Source: Phoronis australis (Eukaryota; Animalia; Phoronida). From it: a stretch of DNA of 64,000 nucleotides. Positions 1 to 12,300 of this stretch are shown in pieces. The stretch lies in NCBI GenBank assembly GCA_002633005.1, contig NMRA01000452.1, positions 1-64,000 of the forward strand. Reading direction: 5' to 3'. The notes beneath the pieces are model-generated. The model had not been told where the DNA came from, made no database searches, and saw nothing but the letters and a program-made list of their open reading frames with translations. The translations under genes were made by a program, and so were the position numbers. Within the stretch, counting starts at the first letter, position 1. The number at the start of each line of letters is the position of its first letter.

Positions 1-430
1 CACGCGGCTTTGCACGTGATGATCACACCTGTTGGCCAAAATGTTAACGTTTTGCACTTAAGTGTGAACTCAAAATGTTAAAAACAAACCTCGGGTCTCG
101 AACTGCCAGGTTGAACGTATGGTCTGTTCTCAATTACGCAACTTAACACCAGACTTTGGCCACGCGTGACGTGCATTGTATCGTTCTGTATTTCATCCGA
201 CACTATCGTTACTGTGGTGGAATCCGTGTTGTTTGCTGCTTAAAAGTACAAATTCTTCAGATAATTTATTGCCCACTGCACCCGTTCTTGAGTTCTGCGT
301 ATTATATAATCAGCACTGTGATAAAATAAATTTCTACGAGCATCGGCGGAGTAGTTGAAACACATTCTGCATTAGTTTTCTGGGGTCTGTTTTAAGAAAA
401 AACATCTTAAGGTCGTGTTTGGCGTTCAGT

Positions 431-540
431 TTAAGATTTGTCTTTTAAGATTTGTCTTAAACGCCGGCGATATGTGTCAGACTTCAAATTACTTTCCGTT
501 CCAAACAATTTCTTAACCAAGACAGATGACTTCAATATTT
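431..540 (-). CDS. Putative terminal coding exon of TSP1-domain gene (EILKSSVLVKKLFG...YRRRLRQILKDKS*), basic tail
   Basis: tttgatgcag acceptor, phase 1 compatible with exon 618-683, open to TAA at 431-433; no homology support. Confidence 0.35.
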
Positions 541-617
541 CTGCATCAAAGTGACATGAATGTCTTAGCCGGTTGTCCCGGATGTCAAGTGCAGTCAAAA
601 ATACACAGAAACTTTAC

Positions 618-683
618 CTGACCCCAGCCTTCTGTTCACATTTTCAATCATTTGTTGTTGACTCCCACCTTTTGATCTTTTCA
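618..683 (-). CDS. Putative internal exon of TSP1-domain gene (VKRSKGGSQQQMIENVNRRLGS)
   Basis: tttctttcacaatag acceptor and CAG|gtaaag donor, 66 nt, phase 1-1, in frame with the TSP1 exon. Confidence 0.4.
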
Positions 684-844
684 CTATTGTGAAAGAAATG
701 AACATTGCAGACAACGAAGGTCTTGTGACATGGTTGGCATTTAGTTGAAAACTCTATTGAGCGATCTAGGCTCGTGGCCATCAAATTTTACTCGCCGATC
801 GCCCTGTTTTTAGTCCATCTCAAGAAAAATTGCGTGGTCACGCC

Positions 845-1240
845 CCCTGTGATCGAGATACAATCTATGTACTTGGAAACGAACTCAAAATTTTATATCA
901 CCTATTTATTCCTACAAAATCAAGATAAACGTTTCGTTATCGAGTACATTACCAGATACGCAAAGGCGTTTATAGTCGAAATTTGCATTTGATAGCCCCT
1001 AGAGTTGAACTTAGAAACTGATATAAAAACTCCAAATCTCAATTTCAGACTTTAAATTATGCCCTTAATGCAGAGGTCATCAAGTGCAAACTAGCATTAG
1101 CCAGTCCTTCACGTGAACCATAACATACTTGAGCACAGTCTTATAGACACTCATCTTGAGTTTGTGTCAAAGCAGGGCGTAAAATGACAAAAATAATTTC
1201 GCTTTTGATTTCGCCGGTACAAAAAAGAGATCCCAGGCCG
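845..1240. mobile_element. Degenerate copy of the 2274-2673 MITE
   Basis: Shares tgtact(c/t)gaaacgaactc, tagacac(t/c)atcttgagtt and a gag..ggcc end with 2274-2673. Confidence 0.5.
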
Positions 1241-1478
1241 TTGACTTACGCCAATTCAAGTTCAGGTCGCAATATAATACTCCATTGAAAATTTGATTAT
1301 GTGGCGAGTCTGTAAGTTTCTAAGAGACTGGTAACATAAAGGAGATTGCAGTTTAAAAAGGGTTTAAAAATTGTCTTTCAGCAGACTGGACTGTAAGTTA
1401 ACTGAGAGATCCTTCTGAGATTTCCCACAGCGGTATGGAACAGGTCTCAAATTTACCAGGAATATTTCACGTTCATAC

Positions 1479-1845
1479 CTGTACAATAATGTATTTTGCA
1501 CATTTTTTCTTCTTTGTCGTCTTCAACTTCTTTACAAAATTCTGTACATGAATTTTGGGGGGAGATATTGCATCTTTTTGTCCTCCATTGTTTTCCTTCG
1601 CCACAGGTAGCGCTACAGGCAGTCCACGCGGACCACGAGCAGTTATGTGTCCAACAGGGATTGCTGTCTCGGCTTGTATTCTGACAGAGACACTTTGTGA
1701 AACAACTTTCTTTAGCTGTGGTTTGGCAATCCGCCGGTGGTTGGCAGGACATTTCCTTCGTGGAATTTACAAATACATTGTCTATCAAAGCCCAGGTAAC
1801 GAGGAAAAATAAATGAAAGACGTCAGTTATCGTGAATACAAACAT
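1479..1845 (-). CDS. Exon encoding a Cys-rich segment plus thrombospondin type 1 repeat
   Basis: WSAWTACSATCGEGKQWRTKRC...C...EEKMC..C is a canonical TSP1 motif; ACAG|gtatga donor at 1479/1478. The 5' end is uncertain: ATG 1845 or acceptor tttgatag giving an exon start at 1781. Confidence 0.8.
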
Positions 1846-2273
1846 AACAAAGTGGAATCCGTCAACAAAACACCGATATACATGTATAGAGTTCGAAAAT
1901 GATTACAAACAAACACGAGCTTCAAAATGTAATAAACTTTTTGCGTCAAGTGCTAAATCTCGAGATTTCAGCATTTGCTAAGTCAAATCGAACGCCACTG
2001 CACGAAGACGTCTAAACTAGCAGTTACGTATTATGTCATGTCGTGAAGTTAAAATGTGACTGAAACATGTACAGGAACATTTAAGCTAGAAACAAATTTA
2101 TGGATTCAGTGATATATTTAGGGGAGTTAAAGGGGCATAATTGGTTTGATGACCAGAAAACGCGTTTTTGGAATTATTACAAATTTGGTCAGAACTATAA
2201 AAGAGCTTAGTGTTCCTCAACTCTGGTGTTACTCCGGTTCGTTGTTTTGCAGATCAGATACTTCTTAAACCTG

Positions 2274-2673
2274 GGCCCGGTCTCTAATTTTGTACTCGAA
2301 ACGAACTCGAAATTATTTTTGGCAATTTCTCTGCTCCTTTTGTGCGAACTTAAGATAATTGGTTATCAGACTGTGCTCGAATACATTATAGTTTATGCAT
2401 AGGAGTTTCTAGTTCAAGTTTGCCCTTGAAGACCCTTACATTCGTGCTACAAACTCGAGTAAAAACTCGAAATTTCGAGTTCAAACTCGAACTTATTGCT
2501 TTAATATTGGGTTTACAAACTGTGAACTAAGGGCAATAAATTTTCTACGTAAGTTATTGTGTACTCGAGCATAGAATAATAGACACTTATCTTGAGTTCG
2601 CCCAAAAGTAGAGTAGAAAATGCCAAACCTAATTTCGAGTTCCATTTTGAGTAAAAAGATTGGAGACCGGGCC
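2274..2673. mobile_element. ~400 bp MITE, PIF/Harbinger-like
   Basis: TIRs GGCCCGGTCTC...GAGACCGGGCC extending imperfectly (gaactcgaaatt/aatttcgagttc), flanked by a CTG/CTG 3-bp TSD. Confidence 0.75.
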
Positions 2674-3851
2674 CTGGTGTTCCATCAGTGCGCCAAAATG
2701 ATAACGAAAAACAAAACTTCTGATGAAAAACTGATCAGTTGCCATATTTATGTTTGCGACAAGTGCTGAAGAGTACAAGACGATGCTCAGGCATGACGTA
2801 ATCACAGTTCACACAATTACATTTTGGTTCTCCCTTAGCAACATTTTATATTTGTCTTGAACTAAATTTCAAATTTGCCCAAAGCGATAGACTCCTAAGC
2901 AGTCTACATTAGACTGAAAAAGACGCTACCGCGATGTTTGATTCGAAACTCGAATAAGCGTCCAGTATTAGTCACACATAGATTCCAAGGCAATGAACTT
3001 GATTCGGTAATCTGGATAAAAATATAATTTAATTCAGGTGAGTGGGGCGTTGTCTCCTTGACCTCACGCAAACCTTCGTCTGATATTCCTAATTTTGTAA
3101 AAAGTTACATAAACAGGACAAAGTCACGAACTCGGCCGCACACAAGTGCCAGCGCTAGAGAAACGCAAATTGCGTTTTCATTTGAACAGTCTTGCCGATA
3201 CACAGTGAGTGACAACGTAACTAAAAATGATTCAAAATCTAGTCTTTTTATTAATAGAATTGGAAAAAGTTCCGATTCTTGCCTGTAGTCAGAAAGTCAG
3301 TTAATTATGACTGCAACTGTACATGCAATACATACGCCAGTTTTGATATCAGTAAAAATGGTTTACATAGCAACATTCTGCTGAAAAACATTTTTACAAA
3401 ATCAAGTGAACCATCGAGGTGCCCTAACAATGTAACCGCGTTTGACAACTCTGAACAACTAGGCTGCGTTCTCAATACCGATCAATAGAGTTCATGCCGT
3501 GGACGATACCGCGGTTAACATCTATTGCACTCTTGAAAAAACCTAAGTGTACCCCGGTGGGCACTGCATACGAATATTCATGTATCAGATCTCAGCAAAT
3601 GAGAGTCGGGTGGATCGTAGCCGCTTTTGTTTTGTATTTGGCGCACGACCTCAGGTATTAGAACAAACTGAACGCTAACGAGAACTGTGAAATGTTGCCG
3701 TTCGATAGACATAGAGGACAGGGAAACAGCGGGTTGGAAACTATGAGATGTTGATGAAACCAGTGATGCTGAAGTGCAAACTTATGCCGTACAGCAAGAG
3801 GGAAATGTGAGTGATGTGAATTGAATTTCTTAGGGTATCTGTATACTGCGA

Positions 3852-4036
3852 CTAAAGCGGCACCAAGCCATGATGAGGTGAACTACTTTTGTGTATTTTG
3901 CTTAAAGCGGCACCAAGCCACGATGAGGTGAACTACTTTTGTATATTTTGCCTAAACCGGCACCAAGCCATGATGAGGTGAACTACTTTTGTATATTTTG
4001 CCTAAAGCAGCACCAAGCCACGATGAGGCGAACTAC
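3852..4036. repeat. 50-bp minisatellite, ~3.7 copies
   Basis: ctaaagcggcaccaagccatgatgaggtgaactacttttgtatattttgc repeated at period 50. Confidence 0.95.
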
Positions 4037-4526
4037 AATAATAAAATAACTGTTATAATAACAAAATGAAAGTGTTGGTAGAACGCTACTCAGTTTGGAG
4101 CATTAAACAATAATCAAGCATTGATTGTAGTCAATAATCCGATTTTAGGTAAATATAATGATACTCAGCTATGTGCAAACTGAGATAAGAGAGCTAAATT
4201 AGATTAACGTTGCCGTTCACGTAATATGAGATAAGTAAGGAGCGTATCATTTTTGAGAAATACAAACTTATCGTCCACAAGGTTTTTGTTAGCAACCTCG
4301 CTCGTCAGAAAATGTGCTCTATCGCGATTGGGAATACACGGCAGTTAGTGGTGCATGCGAGCAATGCTTTGTACTAAAACAATATATTTTGCTGTTACAA
4401 TCTTGTATGTTGTTACATTTTTGTATGTTGCCTTTTCTGTTGACAGTTTACGCCACTGTTTAACAATTTTTAGTGCCATCGATTTTAAGCCTCTCGTCCT
4501 TAGTACAGAAACACTTGACAAGTTAA

Positions 4527-5800
4527 AGGGAACACCTCCACCGTGTTAGTCCGAAAAGATGCATATTTGGGGGTAGTGTTTGGGTAAGATTGCACTGAAG
4601 ATTTTAAATTCACCAAGGGCTATGAGTAGTAAAATGTGTGGTGTTTGGTGATTTTACTACAAATTGCTGATTCCTAAAAGGAAAATTTTATTTAAATCGA
4701 GGCAGTGACCTCATCAGCTTTCAGCATTTGAGAACAGATTCGGAGCCTGAACTATAACCACACTCGGGCACAGATACCGCAGACAAATGTTACTTCAAAA
4801 GCGCTAAGAGTTGATTTTCACCTCTTACGATCATTAAATGTTCAAACTACAGTATCGGACTGAGTGATTTTATTTTCAAAATCAGCCTTAAAGGAGAAAT
4901 CAATACCGAAACCCGATTTCAGGGCTTTCTATAAATAGGTTTACCACCGATGTTAAGTCATAAATGATGGCGTTTGATCTTTTTTAAACCCAAGACCTGT
5001 TCACACTTTGCAACTGTTATAAACGGGGGCAGTGGTGGTTGAAAGAAGGTATTATTGACAAGAAGCTAGTACATATAAAGAGGTGGAACCATCGAAATTC
5101 ACTGGTCGATATCGCTATGAAGAATAGCTCTTGGTTTGATAGTTTTGAAAATTCGTACTCAAATTGCAAATCTGAATGGTATGGACAGCAACGTTTCGAT
5201 TATTCCGCGTGTTGGAACTCCATCGTAAGTACGTCAAGTCCAATCTCTGGCAACCTTAAAAAATATCTTGGGCATTTTTTGTTAAAACAAATCTTGCGAT
5301 AGGGCCAGGAAATGCATAGTTGGTTGTGACCTGTGCCCGATTTTGCATTGTTTTTGAAACCTGCGTCTCGTTGTTCAAAATAATTAAGATGAAAAAAAAC
5401 GTCAGCGTTCTTTTTCAAAACCCTCTCAAAGGTATCTAAGGTATATTTGGCGAATTGATTTGGCATCTCAGCGACAATCAAGCGTTTCACTACAATACTT
5501 TGAGTCAAGCGCACGCTGCAGCACTGCACATGAGTAAAAGAAAAGAAGGTGACCTTGGGAACAAAAAGACAATTCTTGATCCGTTTTGGCTGACATCGAG
5601 CGACTTCTTATTTTTAAAAATTAGAAAAACTAAAAATACCGTATCACAGCATTAATTTTCAAAAAAATTTTCAAAGCACACCAGTTTTGCTATTTTGGCC
5701 TAATTGCTGTCTATAATATGGTACACCGTAAGTCTCACAATTTCAAATCGAGATATTTTTTAAATTCATCCTGGTACAACTTTTACTAACAATGTTCACT
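4527..5800. mobile_element. Possible non-autonomous TTAA-flanked DNA transposon (Kolobok-like)
   Basis: TTAA|AGGGAACA ... TGTTCACT|TTAA (short TIR 7/8, TTAA TSD); no transposase ORF. Confidence 0.4.
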
Positions 5801-6297
5801 TTAAACAAAATCACTGGCAATCTTTTAAAAGAACTTTGTCCTATCAACTTTTGAAATAATACCTTACACTCTCATAATCAAAAATTTGGAATAAGAAATT
5901 TGCCGCCTGTATGGCCCACCTAGTCTCGTGTAGTTGCGAACACTATTATTGTGACTCGTATCGCGGTTTGGCAAAGCTGCAGATTACTAACATCATGTGT
6001 ATGGGATTATTCACGCTTCCATCGACACTTGATTAGTAGTCAAGTTTGGCGGTACCACTCTCTCATTGATGCGAAATAATGATAACCACGTCATGAGCAT
6101 GATAAAGTCCTTTCAATTCCAACTTTTACAGAGAGCACCGAGTAACTTCTGGTCATTCTAAGTACGCTTTTGGAAACGCTAGCTGTTGATCGGTTACTGC
6201 AATGTACCTTTTCTGAGAGAGACAGTAAATTGTGTGCTGGTCACTTACAGTAGGAACAGCGTGGACATCTGCGACGAATCTCAAAGAATAAGTCAAC

Positions 6298-6352
6298 ATG
6301 GAACGTATAAAGATTCCAAGTGTTGTCATTTTTGGTATTTTTATTTTATCTG
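6298..6352 (+). CDS. MRC-like exon 1: signal peptide MERIKIPSVVIFGIFILS
   Basis: caacATGG start, hydrophobic stretch, G|gtaagt donor phase 1 joining V-QSLECPYGW. Confidence 0.85.
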
Positions 6353-9300
6353 GTAAGTTTTTATTATAAGTTCCAGTAAACTACTGTATTCGGCTTTGAA
6401 ATTTGGAACTCGCTACTAGCTTCTTCGAAGAACCTGTAGGGTTCATTGTTAACTTTTGCTGAGGTTATTACAATTTTCTTTTCTTGCAACTCTTTAATGG
6501 TGTTTTTTATTTCCCAGTCTATTAAAATTCAATGTATTATGCTCATTTTGTGTGTATTCTTCAGTTCTTATTTAATAATTGTATTATTTTATTACAGGTC
6601 AGTATTTCCCATTCACAATTAAATTATGAAGAGACGCTAATTGTGTTTATCGTGAAAACAACTATATGTCGTGCCTAAAAGCCATTAATCGTCAACTGCA
6701 AATACATTACATCATAAATTATCCAAACATTATCGCTAACAATTTCTATTAAATTAAGTTGGATTTAAATTGCATTTCGCCCTGTTTAATAAAGGGCTAC
6801 AAAACGAAATCAAATTTAGCCTTAGACTCTCTATAAAACCGGTTTCTTAATAATCTTCACCGTGATAGAATTCTGTTTCCATTACCATCAAAACATCGAA
6901 ACCATCCTGCAACTTCAGAAAACCCTTCAGCAACTTTCGGTGTTGGACAACACTACGCCTTGTCTGTGACTTGAGTTAGTGCCAGAAATAGAATCCTATA
7001 CCGGTAAGGATTGCTGTGAGACCAATCCTATAACGGTAAGGATTGGTGTGAGACCAATTCCATAATGGTAAGGATTGCTGTGAGACCAATCCTATAACGG
7101 TAAGGATTGCTATGAGACCAATTCCATAATGGTAAGGATTGCTGTGAGACCAATCCTATAACGGAAAGGATTGCTGTGAGACCAATCCTATAACGGTAAG
7201 GATTGCTATGAGACCAATTCTATAACGGTAAGGATTGTTGTGAGACCAATCCTATAACAGTAAGGACTGTTGTGAGATCAATCCTATAACGGAAAGGACT
7301 GTTGTGAGACCAATTTTATAAAACTTTAAAGTCTAGTTCGATTTTTGTGATTTCCGTTTTGCCCGTTAAATAGGGGTGACATACAGCTATAAAATTCATT
7401 TTATCGATAAAGTTATGAACTCAAATGTAGGGAATGGGTATCTTCAACTGGAAGATAGTTATTTTTCAAAGCCATTTACTGAATGTTGACCGTAAATGTA
7501 GACACGGATTTCCCTGGCGACTTAACAATACTCGATTTCGAGGGATTCACAGCTTGATCTTGTAGTGTCAGAAATTAGAAATTGACATTGGAGAACTTTT
7601 GCTTTTAAAGATTCAATAATCATTACCCCCATTGAAAACGTTTACGATTTGAATAGCTGGTATTGGTTGTTTAAAATCGTAATTGTATGATCATTGCGTT
7701 TTTAAAGAATTAAAAATATAGTCAAGAGGATCCAAGAAGCATAATCTATTAACTATCCATAACGCGCTTGAATTTTGCCGCGTGATCTTCTACGTCACTA
7801 GGAGGAATGCGAAAGTTGAAAGTACTGTAGTTATTGAGACACAGGGACTTTTGATAGTCCGACGGATCAGTCGAAACATTCACTCTTAACGCCGTCTATC
7901 GGGTCTGTTTATTCTCGAGGTCAGAGCATGGTGTTTAATTCGCGAATCTTCATCCAAAATGTCCTCACTCACGCTGCCTGATCCGTTCGACATCTTCAAG
8001 TGACGCGCAGTCAGCTCAGTCAAGTCCCATTTACTTTCAGGGTCTCGGTGGCGTTGCAATACCGAGTGGTTATTATTATTTTTTTTAATCTGATAGGCTT
8101 ATGGTTTGTTCCTGATTTAGTTTCCCTTATCGGTGCCACGTCAATTGTTTACATCAACCAGACTCACAAACAATAATTATAGTTCGCAGGAAAAACTTAA
8201 AATGTCCTTTCAGTCGTGATTTCAATAACAGTGACTCACAGACAGTATCCCCTTTGATGGTGTAGGAAGATAGCTTTCCGGTGCATGGGCATTAGGCATT
8301 AGATGCGTCTATCTAGCTAATCCCGGTTTAATCAGTGAATACAGGAGGACCATTCAAATGTCACGCTCTAGTCATGCTCTAGTGACACCCAAAATGACTC
8401 TTCTAAAAGATTATGGTGTCCGTAAAATGGAACTAAATGATCTGGCTGTAGTCGATTTTCGAATAAATATAAGCGCAACAAAGAGCATTATTATCTCCGA
8501 CGTACAAGACCAGCCCTTGAGTCGCGGGTCCCCGTTCTGGCTTTTCCTCACACATTCAGGCTTACAATAAATAAGCGGATAAACACACATGTAGAACCTA
8601 ACTTGGATTTTTAGTTTCAACCGTTCTGACTTGACCACTATATCCATCTTTGATCACGGACGCGGGCATTGTTCATGATTGGTGAATGACAGGTAGTTGG
8701 CTATTATGATTCAGATTAGAACACATTTGCCAATCTCCTTTCAGTTCAAAGTCTTGAGTGTCCCTATGGTTGGACGAAACACGAAAACCACTGCTACAAA
8801 TTTAATGGTGCACAGTTCAGGACGTCGTGGAAAGAGGCCAGAGGCTTTTGTGAAGCTCACTACGGGGATTTGTTGTCCATAACAACGCCCCAAGAATGGG
8901 TAAGCGTGTTTCGAAGTAACGCACTTGTTACCCACCGCTAGGTAGCACTACAATAGCAAGATGCGACGCTAAAATAAGTCTACAGCGTGAGCAGTCCTAT
9001 ACGGGTTTGCAATTGTGACCCGCTAGTGGCACATATAGTGACAATTAAATCTGCCTTGCAAAAAATGAACTTGGAACAGCCACCATTTGGAGTCAAATTG
9101 CTGGGCATCATTCAAATTGCATTGCTAACTCTTAGTTTGTTAGTTGCTTGTTTGAGATCAGTTCCTACAAGTTGGCTTGCCACGTGACCGCTGCGTGCAT
9201 GGCTCGACGATCGAGTAACGAACTCGCTGTCACTGAGGTCTTTGCAGATCCAGAAATTCCTCCTGGTCCGAGTAAGAAAAGATGAGTACAATTTCAAACC

Positions 9301-12300
9301 GGCAGAAAGTTCGCCGTGGACGGAACACGTTCATATAAAATGAGCCCCGTTTTATAAGATCATATGGACATGTCTGTGTATTTTGCTAAACAGCTGAAAA
9401 ACTAGAATAATAAAAATATTCAATGCTCTGAAAGTGGAAAGCCTGTAGAATTTAATTGTTCGAGTTTTTATAGTCCATAATTGGGTCATGTGACGATGTA
9501 TTTTTGATAAAGAAAGCCAAAAAGGGTATCAACATCATAAGCAAATCTTATTTGATCCTATAAATGTTCAAGATAAAATTTCAGAAGAGCAGTTAGGCCT
9601 ACAGTTTTCAAAATTATCACTTTGTTTCCGTTTCATACAACTTTTTTCACTAAGATCATAAAAGTCCCATTTTTGTCCCTCATGACGCATAGTGGGGCAT
9701 TTTTATCTGCTCCACAATGCATCACTATGCTCTACCTGTTGGTGTTGGACAACGGTGTATAAAGCAAAGTATCTCAAAGTTTCATGTGAAACCGATCTGA
9801 TCCGCCCGCAATTTCTGAGATGTTCCGAAATTGACCAAATTTGGCCATTTTTCACGGGTTCTACAAAACCTAATGAATTCACGCCGTTTGCGTACACGTG
9901 TTTATGTCGGTAGGTTAGCCTACGTCCCGCTTAATTGCTCCAGCCCCTCCACTGACTTCAGTGGCTATGCAGCTAAAGGCGGTCTCTGCAGAGTATGATA
10001 GTCCATAGAGGGCGAAAGCACCATTTTGTACTCTTCACACTTCGAAAAGCACTATCCTAATGTGTTTTGAAGTAGTGGCGGACATTTGGAGATGACGAAG
10101 TCGGTGACAGTAACTATTTACTAGTAGATATTGCGGGTCAAGGTAATTCCTAAATCAAATTTCAGATTTGTAACAAATGTCACCTGGTCCTCTTTGACCG
10201 GTGATTGATTCCATCCATGTAATTATGACATGTGTAGACAGTAGACACGCCTATCACGGTCTCTATAATCAGTTGCCTGGCCCCAGTATTGCCAGTAATG
10301 GCCCAGTGGAGACGGCCGGAAACTTTTCGACGAATTATGGCTTATCACAAACCGTCAAAGCTCCGTCTGCACATAGAGGGACACCTTAGGAGGTCGTTGC
10401 CGTCTTTAACTCTTCCCAGCTCAATCGAATATTTCTGCAATCATTTACGTTTTTTTTTTCAAACAGCCCCTCACCTCAGGGCCTCATTCAGTTGCCCAGT
10501 TGAGTATGTGAATGAGTCAGTATGCCATGGTGATGTGTTTGATGAGAATATGCCATGGTGATGTGTTTGATGAGAATATGCCATGGTGATGTGTTTGATG
10601 AGAATATGCCATGGTGATGTGTTTGATGAGAATGCCATTGGACGATGGGCAGTGTGTGTAATGAAGAATATGTTTGCATTATTTTCACTAATTCTGAGTT
10701 AGTGGTTGATTTATTTCAATGCTTGTTTGTTGTTTTCAAAGCTACTCGTAATATGAAAGTGTGGAATTTGCTTTTTGATTTTTGAAATTTGAACTTTCAC
10801 TAGATTAAATTAGGCCTTTAAGCAACAGATTTTTTCTTTTTCAGCAATTTGTTAATAGGCAACTCATAATCTGGCTCGACAACAGCATACGCAATTTTGT
10901 TTGGTGGACTGGACTTCATTACAATGAAAATACTAAGCTCTTTCAATGGTCTGATGACTCTTTCTATAATGAGTCTTTGATGTAAGTTGACGGGATATCA
11001 TTTTCATTTACAGTGTGTATGGATTCATAGGGTAGTCTGACACAGCAATTCAATTTTTATGTGCACCTGCCTTAAATTTTCACTGTTTAATAATCTTTTA
11101 AATGCCACTTTTGTTACTTGTCCATGAAGCATTTTTGAATAATTGTGAACAACCCATTTGTTATTGCCACTGCTAACCAAGTTCCACCCAACTGGTTTGA
11201 GTTGGTCTTGTTATAATTTCTTGCTTACCTGCAACTGAAAAGTACGGTGGACCTCAAACTGCAGTAGCCTAGAGGGCAGCACTTATCATGTAAGCCTTTC
11301 TTAAGAGGACACGAAGGGCTTTGCCCCTCTCTGAATATGATAAAAAAATGCCGTTGTGTTATTTTTAGGGGATTTTTCTTAGGATATGATTATTCTCCCT
11401 TGGAATAGATCCTGGATAGGCAACTTCCAGTCCCCAACTTTGACTTCAGATTTTGTTTTGCGACCTGGTAATGCTATCAAGTTGCCATGACGTTGCCACG
11501 CACACATCCGAGCATGTGCTCAAAGTGCTATAGGAACTTGGATTTTTGTGGCAAAAAACAGAAAGGCCCTTTCCTCGCACATGCACCAATAACTTATCGT
11601 CTGCTTTTCCCTCAGGTAGGAGGTGAGCCTGCGTGGTATATTGGGCCTAGGTTGGACATTGGCCATTACTAACCACGCAATGTACTCTTAATTTTTGGTT
11701 CAACTGACAAATGCTTTCTGGGCAATCTCGTGTGATCCTGTGCACATTTCTCAGTCTGCCAATTCGTCAATTCGAGTATCTCACTTTTTTGTTTTTGAAT
11801 GTTGCCAATTATGCCTCATAAGGACTTTCACACCCTCACAATCATACAGGGTACTTTTGTCCTTGTTTTGGTGACATCATTTCCTGTTTGTTGCAGCTTT
11901 AAGTGTGATCTCACTTCATACATTATTCTTCCATAACTCAATGTTGAATACACAGTTGTGAATTTTGTGCAAGCCAGGATCGCATTCTGTAGAGCCAAGA
12001 CAGTTGCCAAAATTGCTAGTGTGATCACATGCTTCACTTGTAGTGCATGACCATATCTCGCAAAGACTTGTGTAATCTTACATTTTTGCAAGGTTCCTGC
12101 GTGTGCAGAATGCAGCCCAAACTTTATGTTACTCTTTACTGCACCCTCGTAACTACTTGTTGGATGTTTATAGAGTCTGGAATGATGGCGAACCAAACAA
12201 TCGGGGAGCCAATCAGGACTGTGGACGCATTCTCAACGGGAAGTGGAGTGATGGTGATTGTTCGGATGAATCTGGATACATCTGTAAAAGGAGGCTTGGT

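Noticed and set aside
3709-3806. Cystatin-like fragment (AGWKL*DVDETSDAEVQTYAV)
   Set aside because: In-frame stop, no QxVxG or downstream exons; the resemblance is too weak.
6992-7322. CRISPR-like array of palindromic 32-bp repeats
   Set aside because: The units are contiguous with no unique spacers, there are no cas genes, and the context is a eukaryotic intron.
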